In this document: piece after piece, positions 42,420-52,302 of the stretch
How positions within the stretch are numbered: position 1 is the first letter of the stretch
Layout: each line of letters opens with the position of its first letter
DNA from: Candidatus Poribacteria bacterium
GTDB lineage: Bacteria; Poribacteria; WGA-4E; WGA-3G
Length of the DNA: 64,000 nucleotides
NCBI GenBank assembly: GCA_963663765.2
Contig: CAXXUA010000005.1
Coordinates: forward strand, 1,088,001 to 1,152,000
Direction of reading: 5' to 3'
Position numbers and translations under genes: made by a program
The notes under the pieces: generated by a model
The model's input: the letters and a program-made list of their open reading frames with translations, nothing else
Database searches by the model: none
What the model was told of the DNA's origin: nothing

Positions 42420-44076
42420 CTTTCTTTTACCCATAAGTTTTCAGCTATAGTGTCTATCAAGGTTGTTTAGCTGGTATTGTTTTGTCCAGCCGCTTGAAAG
42501 AGAGCATAGGTGGCAGCAATATCAGAAAGCCTTTTCCATCCTCGCCAGATAACAGTCACCCCCGGATTGCCATCGGACTTGCGTGCTAAAAATCCACCGA
42601 GTTTAGCAATCCAGACAACGACTTCAGACACTCTCGGTATTTTTTCGGGTAAAATTTGGGTCTTATGCGTTATACAGTAAAGTGCTTGCCATTCTATCTC
42701 TGTCAACACGCTCGTGCAATCTACATCCGGTGAGTGCCGATTGATGTGGGTCAGCCAGTAAAGTCGCCACGCAATTACACTCAGCAATGCGATATAGCGT
42801 TCAAGCCGGTCTTTGGTCTGCAAACGAACTGCCTCCGCCTTCATCCCAGATTTGAGCACTTTAAAATAAACTTCAATGTGCCAGCGTTGGCGATACCAGC
42901 TTATCCTTTCAACCGCATCGGCGAAGTCCGACACTTCTACATTTGTTATCAGAAGCCATTCCAAGGGCGTAGCACCCTCAGGCGGGTTTTTCTCTACTAC
43001 CCATACAAGATACACATCTACAGCAGGCAACTCTTGTGATCGTGATGCTTGTGAACGATGTGGTGGGCGAAGCGTCGCTGTTGTAAAATGGACACTCAAG
43101 GTCGCCTCACGAGCAGGTTGAGACGCACGCACTGGCACTTGTGCCGTAATCTCGCCAATAACAGGTTGACTTCTCACCAAATCACTCAGTTTACCGACAT
43201 CAGCAGCAACCACACGATCCTGAGCCGCGCGTATCACAAAAGGCAGTTCTTTTGCCTCTACGAAAAACTCGTAAATATCTGCTTCACGATCACACACACA
43301 AATCACCTCAACATCTGCTAATGTGTCTGAACGCAACGCTGATAATGCCTCAATCCATTTGTAGCTCTCTTTTTCTATGAGCGGTCTGAACTTAGGGGCA
43401 CTTTGAACGGAGGGTTCGCGAACCCAAACTTTATCTGTCAGACACCCTAACGGAAGACCCGCATCACTTACAATGAGGGTCGTGTGTTTGACAAGTCCCT
43501 GAATCTGTTGAGACTTGGTGCCGATTGAACCTAAACCCTCTGTTGCTGGGTGATCAGTGTAATTAAGAAAAGTCGTATCTTGTATCGCAAAAACACGACG
43601 ATTTTTACACATCCGTTCAAGTGTTCTTTCAAAATGCGGTTTGAATATCTTTTCCGATGAGACTTTTTCATTGTCAATTAAACGATAGGCTGCTTTCACT
43701 GACGCCCAATCGCCACACGCAGCGTTGATCGCCGAACCGGGTTGTGCCTCTAAAGCCTCCGCAATGCTGAGCAGCCGTTCATTGAGACGCATATCTCCCA
43801 AATCAAGACCTTCAAACTCTTGACGGCTCCAAGATGCAGATAACTCTTGATCGTTTTCAGGATTGTGTAAAGACATCATTCACTCCTATAGCATAAGCGT
43901 AATAAATGTTTATCGACTTTGTAAATATCACTTTTGAACATAACATATTTGCTTTTGCTATGCAAGGAATATTAGAACTGACTTGAAAACTATACCATCT
44001 TTACCAAAACAACAGACATAACTCAACAAAAAAGAAGATGTTTACTCAATACATCAAACTTATGGGTAAAAGTAAG
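42420..44076 (-). mobile_element. IS4-family (IS50/Tn5-like) insertion sequence, 1657 bp
   Basis: TIRs ctttcttttacccataagttt / aaacttatgggtaaaagtaag; 9-bp TSD CCTTGTGGG at 42411-42419 and 44077-44085. Confidence 0.95.
42467..43879 (-). CDS. IS4-family DDE transposase (Tn5-like)
   Basis: 'LGDMRLNERL', 'IQDTT', 'DREAD', 'YRQRWHIEVYFKVLKSG' (YREK), 'LGGFLARKSDGNPG..VIWRG'. Confidence 0.97.
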   Translation of the reverse strand: MMSLHNPENDQELSASWSRQEFEGLDLGDMRLNERLLSIAEALEAQPGSAINAACGDWASVKAAYRLIDNEKVSSEKIFKPHFERTLERMCKNRRVFAIQDTTFLNYTDHPATEGLGSIGTKSQQIQGLVKHTTLIVSDAGLPLGCLTDKVWVREPSVQSAPKFRPLIEKESYKWIEALSALRSDTLADVEVICVCDREADIYEFFVEAKELPFVIRAAQDRVVAADVGKLSDLVRSQPVIGEITAQVPVRASQPAREATLSVHFTTATLRPPHRSQASRSQELPAVDVYLVWVVEKNPPEGATPLEWLLITNVEVSDFADAVERISWYRQRWHIEVYFKVLKSGMKAEAVRLQTKDRLERYIALLSVIAWRLYWLTHINRHSPDVDCTSVLTEIEWQALYCITHKTQILPEKIPRVSEVVVWIAKLGGFLARKSDGNPGVTVIWRGWKRLSDIAATYALFQAAGQNNTS

Positions 44077-44274
44077 CCTTGTGGGAGGGGTTTCCAACCC
44101 CGATTTCTGAATCATGTATGTCGCGAAATGCACACATCAAAATCCCTTGATGAGGTAAATCCTGAAAATCCTGAAAATCTGGAAATCCTGGTTCAGACAA
44201 AAAAACAAAAATTCGCGTAATCCGAGATACAAACAAATGCAAAAAACCATACACAACCACAAACAAAAAGCCAC

Positions 44275-44304
44275 TTGACAAATCTTCAGAAAAAATGATA
44301 AAAT
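44275..44304 (+). promoter_or_regulatory. Sigma70-like promoter
   Basis: TTGACA, 18-bp spacer ending in TGn, TAAAAT upstream of 44336. Confidence 0.6.
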
Positions 44305-44335
44305 TAAATCCTAAACATAAAGAAAGGAAAACGAT

Positions 44336-45442
44336 ATGGCATCACAAAACGAGTTAAAGTCAATGTTAAACGCACCCATCGCTTTAGCACCAAACACATA
44401 CCTGCACTTCTATAACGGTGGGAAACTTCGCGCCGAATTTATGGGTGAACCCAATCCAAAAGATGATTATTACTCAGAAGAATGGATCTTTTCTACAAAT
44501 AGAGCAATCACACCCGGCAGAGATAACCCACCAGAAAAAGGGTTCAGTATCATACAACTCCCAAGTGGTGAAAAAATCTTACTAAAAAAACTGTTGGACG
44601 CATACCCTGAACAGACACTGGGCAGCGCACACATCGCAAAATTCGGCACCGATTTAGGTGTACTGCTCAAAATATTTGATGTCGGTGAAGGCGCACATAT
44701 ACCCATCCATTGGCACCCAAACCCTGACTTTGCAAAAGAACACCTCGATTCTCCATTCGGAAAAAATGAAGCATGGATACTCATCGGCACACGCCCAGGC
44801 GCAAAGGCATGGATCGGTTGGAAAGAACCAATGGACAAAACCGAATTTCGTAAATTGATGGACGCACAAGATATAGATACACTGCGAAGTCTCATGCACG
44901 TCGTGGAACCCAAAGTCGGAGAAGTCTATTTCTTACGCACACCAATCGTACACTCACTCGGTACAGGACTCTGTGTACTGGAACCACAAGAACCAACTGA
45001 TTGGAACATCCTCGCAGAATGGGAAGGTTTCCCTTTCGGTAAAGAAGATGGACACCTCGGTCTCGGTTGGGATTTAGCAGTAGACGCCGCTGAATTCGAT
45101 AAACTGGAATTGGATTATCTCAATAACTACATTCGGCGCACACCGGAACTTGTCCGAGCAGAAGGTGAAAACCGAGAAGACCGAATCGTTCCAGAGGAAG
45201 CATTAAAATACTTCGGATGTTCACGATTGACCGTCCGCTCAACACTCAGTATGCCTGCAGGAAAAGGGTTCTACGCACTCGTTACATTAGGTGGCGAAGG
45301 TGCACTACGAGGTGATTTTGAAGATGTCCCACTAAAACGCGGTAAATCCGTTTTCATTCCGCGTTGTCTGTCCAGTTATGACATCGTAAGCACAGGGGAT
45401 ACACCGATGGAAGTTATCTGTTGCTATCCACCAAACCTTTAG
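44336..45442 (+). CDS. Class I mannose-6-phosphate isomerase-like cupin
   Basis: 'SEEWI', 'LLKIFD....IPIHWHP', 'GKNEAW', 'VHSLG...EPQEPTD'. Confidence 0.85.
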   Translation: MASQNELKSMLNAPIALAPNTYLHFYNGGKLRAEFMGEPNPKDDYYSEEWIFSTNRAITPGRDNPPEKGFSIIQLPSGEKILLKKLLDAYPEQTLGSAHIAKFGTDLGVLLKIFDVGEGAHIPIHWHPNPDFAKEHLDSPFGKNEAWILIGTRPGAKAWIGWKEPMDKTEFRKLMDAQDIDTLRSLMHVVEPKVGEVYFLRTPIVHSLGTGLCVLEPQEPTDWNILAEWEGFPFGKEDGHLGLGWDLAVDAAEFDKLELDYLNNYIRRTPELVRAEGENREDRIVPEEALKYFGCSRLTVRSTLSMPAGKGFYALVTLGGEGALRGDFEDVPLKRGKSVFIPRCLSSYDIVSTGDTPMEVICCYPPNL

Positions 45443-45481
45443 TGTTCTACAGTATACTCAGATACACAACATTAGCATACA

Positions 45482-46741
45482 ATGTTAGACTTTAAACCTC
45501 CTAAACCTAATTTGTCGGTAATAAAGGTTGCCAGTGCAATCATGCCGTTATACAATCGGTTGTATCTGAAGGGGTTGACTTTAGATATTGATGCGGAGTC
45601 TATAGCTCGGTTAAAAGCAACTCAGGGATACTCCACGTTAATTTCTCCTAACCACGCGGCCTCTGCTGATCCGATAGTAATGTTTCTGTTGTCTAAACAT
45701 TTATCGCAGCCGTTTTACTATATGGCGGCAAGAGAAACTTATGGTAAGGGTGTATTTAAAGGGTTTCGGGGGTTTCTAATGCAACGTCTCGGAGTTTATT
45801 CGGTAGTTCGCGGTACTGCGGATAGAAATGCATTCAGAACAACCCGCCAAGTGTTATCTGAGGGAAGATGGCCACTTGTGATCTTTGGTGAAGGTGAAAT
45901 ATCGCAACAGAATGACACGGTGATGCGTTTTGAAAGGGGGGCTATCCAACTCTGTTTCTGGGCAATGGACGACATGAAGAAAGCAGAAATTGAAAAACCA
46001 CTTTATGTCGTCCCACTCGGTATCAAATATCGGTATACAAAAAATATGTGGAACGACATTGATTCTGCATTGACCGCATTGGAACGGAATATACTTCCAT
46101 CCAAAGCACGCACACCAGTAGAACGATACCAACGACTGAGACGTATCGGAATCGCTGTCCTGAAAACGCTTGCAGATGAATACCAATACAAAGTCGACCC
46201 ATCCGCTTCGCTCAACGAACATATTCAAGGACTAAAGGAACAGATACTATCACACGCAGAAAAAATAATGGGTATCCAGTCCGACAACGATGTCCTAACT
46301 CGTGTACGCTCCTTGAAAAATCTCGTTGATGCTGAAGTATATAGAGATGTTGAACAGATGACCGAGTATGAACGAAAAATACATGAAGAACAACTTCAGA
46401 AATTTCAACAATTCTATCCTGATTTGAATAGACTAATTAACTTCATCGCAATTTCCGATGGGTATGTCGCAGAAGAACATTCTCCAGAACGTTACCTTGA
46501 AGTTATATTTAGGTTGGAAAGAGAAGTTTTTGGAATAGCAAAGATGCAAGGACCGCGTGTTGCTTCAATCCGTGTTGGTGTCCCCAATAACCTCATGGAA
46601 CACTATGATGCATACAAATCACACAAAAAAGAGACTGTTGAGAAAATTACAACCGAACTTGAAACTGAAGTACAAAACTTGATTACAGATTTGTCATCAG
46701 AACATAATCTAACACAGGAAAGAAATGTAGAAAATGACTAA
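45482..46741 (+). CDS. PlsC-like 1-acyl-sn-glycerol-3-phosphate acyltransferase family protein
   Basis: 'PNHAASADP' (NHxxxxD), 'IFGEG', 'VVPLGIKY'. Confidence 0.85.
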   Translation: MLDFKPPKPNLSVIKVASAIMPLYNRLYLKGLTLDIDAESIARLKATQGYSTLISPNHAASADPIVMFLLSKHLSQPFYYMAARETYGKGVFKGFRGFLMQRLGVYSVVRGTADRNAFRTTRQVLSEGRWPLVIFGEGEISQQNDTVMRFERGAIQLCFWAMDDMKKAEIEKPLYVVPLGIKYRYTKNMWNDIDSALTALERNILPSKARTPVERYQRLRRIGIAVLKTLADEYQYKVDPSASLNEHIQGLKEQILSHAEKIMGIQSDNDVLTRVRSLKNLVDAEVYRDVEQMTEYERKIHEEQLQKFQQFYPDLNRLINFIAISDGYVAEEHSPERYLEVIFRLEREVFGIAKMQGPRVASIRVGVPNNLMEHYDAYKSHKKETVEKITTELETEVQNLITDLSSEHNLTQERNVEND

Positions 46742-46805
46742 GTTGATTGATGAGGTCTCTTAACCTCGTTATACAAAATGACTAACTTATTTTAAAATCT
46801 ACTTT

Positions 46806-46965
46806 ACAGGACTTACGCAGTTTTCATGATTTGATGAAGAATTATGACGAAAATGGTGTAATTTTCAGCATTTTTTCGGTTTCCAGCGCGCTTACAAAGC
46901 GCCAAATCAACGGTATGAATGCCATTTAGGCATTCACCGCCTACCGTTGGGTGCGTAAGTCCTGT
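46806..46965. mobile_element. MITE with acaggacttacgca ends
   Basis: 14-bp perfect TIR; related inverted half-copies at ~33660-33728 and ~39662-39730. Confidence 0.8.
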
Positions 46966-47006
46966 TTTTAATAAAGTTCTTATATAAATTCCTATAGGAG
47001 GAAAAC

Positions 47007-47921
47007 ATGCCAAAAAAATTGTCTATTGGAAGTTGGGCGTACGCATTTGGACCCTACGAAGAGAATCCTGTCCCATTTGACGATGTCGTCAAACGCCTCG
47101 GAGAGCTTGAGTTCGACGGTATTGAAATCGGGGCATTTAAACCACATATCGACATCAACGATTACCCGATGAAAAGTGACCGAGATGCTGTTAAAGGATT
47201 GATCAGCTACTATGGATTGGAAGTTTCTGGATTAGCAGCAGACTTCTGGTCACACGACGCTCCTGCATCTGACGAAGCACAAGAGGATGACAAATACTAT
47301 AAATTATTTAGACAAAACCTGCAACTTGCGCTCGATCTCGGTTCCCCTTCAATACGCGTAGATACTGTCACCGATGCCGAAACAGACGTTCCTGGCGTAG
47401 AACGAGAGAAAGCATGGGATCGGATTGTAACACTCTGGAGACGTTGCGCACAAGTCGCTGAAGACCACGGTGTACTAATGCTCTGGGAATTTGAACCAGG
47501 ATTCATGTTCAACAAACCGAGTGACATCATCAATCTACCAAAAGATGTGGATCACCCAAATTTCAAAGTCATGTTTGACACATGCCACGCACAGATGTGC
47601 GCAACAGTGGGCGCACGGCAGGTCGGAGAAAAGGAAACACTCGGTGAAAATGGCGTAATTGAACTCGCACGGCAACTCAAAGGAGAAATCGGGCATTTCC
47701 ACCTCATCGACTCCGACAACTCCCTACACGATGACCACACCAGCACACATGCACCCTTCGGAGACGGTGTCCTGGACTTTGACGCAATTATACCAGTCAT
47801 CATGGACGAAACAGGTTATGATGGTGAATGGTTCTCAATCGACCTCTGTTTCTGGCCCAATGCATGGGAAGTCACTGAAGATGCAAAGAAATTCCTAACA
47901 CCTTATTTGGAAAGATATTAA
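47007..47921 (+). CDS. Sugar phosphate isomerase/epimerase (TIM barrel)
   Basis: 'FDGIEI', 'WEFEPG', 'FDTCH', 'HFHLID'. Confidence 0.9.
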   Translation: MPKKLSIGSWAYAFGPYEENPVPFDDVVKRLGELEFDGIEIGAFKPHIDINDYPMKSDRDAVKGLISYYGLEVSGLAADFWSHDAPASDEAQEDDKYYKLFRQNLQLALDLGSPSIRVDTVTDAETDVPGVEREKAWDRIVTLWRRCAQVAEDHGVLMLWEFEPGFMFNKPSDIINLPKDVDHPNFKVMFDTCHAQMCATVGARQVGEKETLGENGVIELARQLKGEIGHFHLIDSDNSLHDDHTSTHAPFGDGVLDFDAIIPVIMDETGYDGEWFSIDLCFWPNAWEVTEDAKKFLTPYLERY

Positions 47922-47985
47922 GGCATTACCAAAACAGAAATGACGCGGTTTAATGAAGATTAACAAACTGATTCGGTAATTCTAT

Positions 47986-48138
47986 CTAGTGCTTAGTCAA
48001 CATACTATTGTAGGTCGCGATTCGGAGATCGTTCCTACAGAAGTCTTGTGTATTGTGTGTATTGTGTGTATTGTAGGAGGGAACTCCGATTCCCGACTAC
48101 TTTTTAGACCCATCAATAAACACTTGACTAAGCACTAG
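47986..48138. mobile_element. MITE with ctagtgcttagtcaa ends nested inside a larger inverted repeat (~47945-48196)
   Basis: Perfect 15-bp TIR; internal GTAG-REPs and a 9-bp microsatellite. Confidence 0.8.
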
Positions 48139-48226
48139 CCTACCGTGTGAGAAATATGTTTTTACCCAATTAATTTATTAATCTTCATCACACCGCGCCT
48201 ACAAAAGAAAATAATGAGTTACCGCA

Positions 48227-48649
48227 GTGAAAAAAGGGAAAAAACGAAAAAAACGGAAACGCGGTGCGGCTTCTCGCGCAGGGTTACGCAACAAAGAACA
48301 AGTCCAAAGAAGACTGCAACGGTTAAAGGACCTCAGAGAACAGAATTTGCATCACTACCAAAGCATACTTGAAAAGTATACGCTTTCATTGGAAGAAAAA
48401 GATTATTTAGAGTTAGAGTGGGTCATCGCTTTGCAACTCATCGTTGACTACGAAGATGCAACACCAGAAGCATTGCGTAATCTGGATATAGAAACATATA
48501 CCTCAATACATATTAGTGATTTAGTAATAGACAGGGATATTACTGAGAATTTTTATCGAGCAAGTTTTGATTTGGGAAATGCTTTGGGACTAGCCCTAAT
48601 TACAATTGACAAGAATGAAAACATAAACGGTGAAATGATCATCTATTAA
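48227..48649 (+). CDS. Hypothetical protein with basic N-terminus
   Basis: 140-aa ORF co-oriented with neighbours; no motif recognised. Confidence 0.55.
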   Translation: MKKGKKRKKRKRGAASRAGLRNKEQVQRRLQRLKDLREQNLHHYQSILEKYTLSLEEKDYLELEWVIALQLIVDYEDATPEALRNLDIETYTSIHISDLVIDRDITENFYRASFDLGNALGLALITIDKNENINGEMIIY

Positions 48650-48719
48650 AGATGATTCAAATAGAGAAAACGACAATAATTTTCTGTTTAGAAACAACTT
48701 AACACTCTTAGAGTAATCA

Positions 48720-49565
48720 ATGCTTAACTTGCCTTCATTAGATCACTTAATTGAACTCGCTTTTGCTGAGGACATCGGGATAGGTGATATTACTACAGAA
48801 GCAACAGTTCCTCCATTTCAACAGGCGGAAGGCACTTTCATTGCAAAAAGTGATGGTATTATTGCTGGTCTACCCGTTGTAGAACAGACCTTCAATAAAC
48901 TTGATTCCAAACTTGACTGCTGTGCTTTGGTCAGTGAAGGCGACTCAGTCGCTACCAATTCACCTATCGCGGAGATAAAAGGAAACGCAAAAAACATACT
49001 CATCGGTGAACGAACCGCACTGAACTTCCTACAACGCTTATCAGGTGTGGCTACATTAACATCGCAATTTGTCAATGCAGTTGCAGACTATGATGCAAAA
49101 ATAGTTGACACACGAAAGACAACACCCGGATGGCGGGCACTTCAAAAATATGCAGTCCGTGTCGGTGGTGGACATAATCACCGTTTTGGTCTTTATGACG
49201 GTATACTCATCAAAGATAATCACATCGTCGCAGCTGGAGGAATACACAATGCTGTGCTACGAGCACGGAATACCGCACCTCACACTGCAAAGATAGAAGT
49301 TGAAGTTGAAAACATGGAACAAGTCAAAGAAGCTCTTGAGGTTGGTGCAGACATCCTGCTACTTGACAACATGACAGTTGAGATGATGCAGCAGGTTGTT
49401 CAACACATTGGCAAACGCGCTATCACTGAAGCTTCCGGTGGAATCACTTTGGAACAGGTACAAGCTGTCGCTGCAACAGGTGTTGATCTTATCTCTGTCG
49501 GGGCTTTGACGCATTCTGCAATGCCGATGGATATTAGTCTTACGTTAATGCTTGTTGGAGTATAA
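48720..49565 (+). CDS. nadC: Nicotinate-nucleotide diphosphorylase (carboxylating)
   Basis: 'ED...GDITT', 'ERTALNFLQRLSG', 'DTRKTTPG', 'LIKDNH', 'LLDNM', 'EASGG'. Confidence 0.97.
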   Translation: MLNLPSLDHLIELAFAEDIGIGDITTEATVPPFQQAEGTFIAKSDGIIAGLPVVEQTFNKLDSKLDCCALVSEGDSVATNSPIAEIKGNAKNILIGERTALNFLQRLSGVATLTSQFVNAVADYDAKIVDTRKTTPGWRALQKYAVRVGGGHNHRFGLYDGILIKDNHIVAAGGIHNAVLRARNTAPHTAKIEVEVENMEQVKEALEVGADILLLDNMTVEMMQQVVQHIGKRAITEASGGITLEQVQAVAATGVDLISVGALTHSAMPMDISLTLMLVGV

Positions 49566-49621
49566 TATTCATGCTGAATACATTCCTTCACAACGCATAA
49601 AACAAGGAAAAACATATAATA

Positions 49622-50710
49622 ATGCAAGCACCAATGAGCCGCGATAATATGATTCGGGGTGCTATTCTATTTACGTTATTTACGTTAACTGGATTATTCC
49701 TAAGTTTTTTATGGAGTGATACACAAGATTTACAAAGCAGAGCCAAAGAATTACAGCAAGTTTTTCAGGAGATGCAGTATGAATTTTTACTTCTCGTGTT
49801 TGTGTTTACGCTCGTGGATTGGTTGTGTGCGGGTCTCCGATTCCACATTTTCATTATAATCGTAACTCCAACAATGAAATTCCGCGATAGCTTTCGTGCT
49901 ATTTTAGCTACAATCTGTGTATCTGCTATCACGCCATTTCAAACAGGCGGTGTCGGTCATCTATATATATATTCTCGTGCTGGCGCGCCACTATCAGGCG
50001 CAATAACAGCAGGTATCGCTGCATTTCTCTCTACTATGGTCGTTTTAATCCTCTCTGCTGTTGCAATATTGATGATAGATCCAAATCCAAATATCATGCC
50101 AGCAGAAACAACTTTGTTCAGTTTATTTAGTTTTCTGATATTTGGGATAGTATTTTTAGTCTTCGTTCTATTACTTTTAAAACCAGAAATTGTTCTCCGA
50201 TTTTTTCACTGGTTATGTGAACATATAGGGAGAAGATTTTCCTCCATCACACCTTTCTTAGAACGTGCAAAGTCAAAAGTAGAACAAATTACCACTGAAC
50301 ACAAAACATTTGCCATAACGCTGCTGCGCAACCATAAATGGACATGCGGGTTCAGTTTATTCCTTACTTGTGCGTTCATCGGAGCAAGAATCGTGGGAGG
50401 ATACTACGTATTAAAAGCATTTGGTACAGACGCTTCCCTATGGGACCTGTGTGTCGTTGAAATGTTATATAACTTTGGTGTTCTGTTTGCACCAACACCT
50501 GGGGCAAGCGGATTCGCAGAGGTGGGAAAAAACTTATTGATGAAAAATCTTCTCACTGCGAAATATATTACTCCTTTTGTTCTCCTGACGCGATTTTTCA
50601 CCATCTATATTGCTGTCGTGATTGGAGGTATTATAATCGCTATGCAAATTGCAAAGGACTTAAGAAAGGGTAAAGAGAAGTTAGCTAAAAACGCTATACA
50701 ACAAACGTAA
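49622..50710 (+). CDS. Lysylphosphatidylglycerol synthase TM / flippase-like membrane protein (UPF0104)
   Basis: 'ITPFQTGG', 'PTPGASGFAE', multiple TM helices. Confidence 0.85.
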   Translation: MQAPMSRDNMIRGAILFTLFTLTGLFLSFLWSDTQDLQSRAKELQQVFQEMQYEFLLLVFVFTLVDWLCAGLRFHIFIIIVTPTMKFRDSFRAILATICVSAITPFQTGGVGHLYIYSRAGAPLSGAITAGIAAFLSTMVVLILSAVAILMIDPNPNIMPAETTLFSLFSFLIFGIVFLVFVLLLLKPEIVLRFFHWLCEHIGRRFSSITPFLERAKSKVEQITTEHKTFAITLLRNHKWTCGFSLFLTCAFIGARIVGGYYVLKAFGTDASLWDLCVVEMLYNFGVLFAPTPGASGFAEVGKNLLMKNLLTAKYITPFVLLTRFFTIYIAVVIGGIIIAMQIAKDLRKGKEKLAKNAIQQT

Positions 50711-50776
50711 GTTTAGAGATAATAGACATCATAATGATGTAATCTAACTTGTAGGTCAGACTGAGCGAAGCGAAAC

Positions 50777-50955
50777 CCATAGGTGTCAACTTAAGAAAAA
50801 AGTGTTGGCATATTCTCTTGTGGGAGGGGTTTTTAACCCCGATTTGAGTGGAAATGAACATAAAATCCAAATCAACGTCAGAAGCGCGTTTGGCTTCTGA
50901 CGGGGTTGAAAACCCCTCCCACAAGAGGTCAAATTCCTTAAGTTGTCACCTCTGG
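50777..50955. mobile_element. ccatagg-family MITE inserted in a REP and carrying a 34-bp micro-insert
   Basis: TIRs ccataggtgtcaacttaag / cttaagttgtcacctctgg; flanks actgagcgaagcgaaac / gttgagcgaagcaaaac (14/17 match). Confidence 0.85.
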
Positions 50956-51100
50956 GTTGAGCGAAGCAAAACCCGACTTTTACCAATGAATAAGCAATAC
51001 AGGTCTGGTTCGTTCCTCAACCCGACCTACAAGATAAGCAAGGACAGACCAATAAGTGCCTAATTACTTACATATTTCACCATAATCTGAAAGGAGAATC

Positions 51101-52018
51101 ATGGCTAACAAAATTGAAAAAGTTGATCCCAAAACAACAAAACTCGGTTGGATCGGAACAGGAGTCATGGGTAGATGGATGTGTCAACACCTAATGGATC
51201 TCGGTTACGACATGACTGTTTATAACCGCACACAATCAAAGGCACTACCTCTCATTGAGGAGGGCGCGAATTGGGCAGATTCACCACATGACGTGGCTGC
51301 TGTATCAGATGTCGTCTTTACGATTGTCGGATTCCCACCAGACGTTCGCGAAGTATACCTTGGCGCTGAAGGTATCTTGAAAGGGACAAAAGCGGGTAGC
51401 ATAATCGTTGATATGACAACAACTGAACCCTCCCTTGCACAAGAAATCTACGAGAAAGCCAAAAAGCAGAATGTCTCATCTGTGGATGCACCTGTTTCGG
51501 GGGGTGATGTCGGTGCACGCGAGGCACGTCTCTCAATCATGGTCGGAGGTGATGACGCAGCGGTGCAAACTGTTATGCCGCTCTTCTCTGCTATGGGTAA
51601 GAACATTGTGCATCAAGGGGGTGCAGGCGCAGGTCAACATACCAAAATGTGTAATCAAATTACCATCTCTGGCACAATGATTGGTGTCTGTGAGGGGTTA
51701 ATCTATGGACACAAAGCGGGTTTGGACTTAGAAACGATGCTATCTTCAATCAGTGGAGGTGCAGCAGCATGTTGGTCGTTGGATAACTTGGCACCGCGTG
51801 TTCTCAAGCGAGACTTTGACCCCGGTTTCTTTGTTGAACATTTCATCAAAGATATGAGCATCGCATTAGATGAGGCACGAAATATGAACCTAAGCCTACC
51901 CGGACTCGCTTTAGTTCATCAACTCTATACTGCCGTGCAAGCACAAGGACACGGACGTTTAGGCACACAAGCCTTGCTCCTTGCATTAGAACAAATGTCC
52001 GGCACTGAAGTAAATTAA
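51101..52018 (+). CDS. 3-hydroxyisobutyrate dehydrogenase / tartronate semialdehyde reductase family oxidoreductase
   Basis: 'GWIGTGVMG', '[10 protein letters not shown]', '[11 protein letters not shown]', '[11 protein letters not shown]'. Confidence 0.92.
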   Translation: MANKIEKVDPKTTKLGWIGTGVMGRWMCQHLMDLGYDMTVYNRTQSKALPLIEEGANWADSPHDVAAVSDVVFTIVGFPPDVREVYLGAEGILKGTKAGSIIVDMTTTEPSLAQEIYEKAKKQNVSSVDAPVSGGDVGAREARLSIMVGGDDAAVQTVMPLFSAMGKNIVHQGGAGAGQHTKMCNQITISGTMIGVCEGLIYGHKAGLDLETMLSSISGGAAACWSLDNLAPRVLKRDFDPGFFVEHFIKDMSIALDEARNMNLSLPGLALVHQLYTAVQAQGHGRLGTQALLLALEQMSGTEVN

Positions 52019-52302
52019 CCTAAGTAGTTACTTATGTAGCACAATCTGGAGTGTAAAAATATTTTAGCGTGTATTGAGAGAAGGTGTAACGTATTTGTCA
52101 TTTGTCTAAACAAGGATTTCCAGATTAGCAGATTTTCAGGATTACCGTGATGGGTGTTGTGTTTGTTTGAACTGTGTTTTTCTGAACAATGATTTCCAAA
52201 TTAACGGTATGAATGCTATAGAGCATTAGCATTACCTACCTACAAAGCGCACCTACCGTGTGCAAGTCCTGATAAAACTACAAATGCTTCCGGAGAATAT
52301 AA

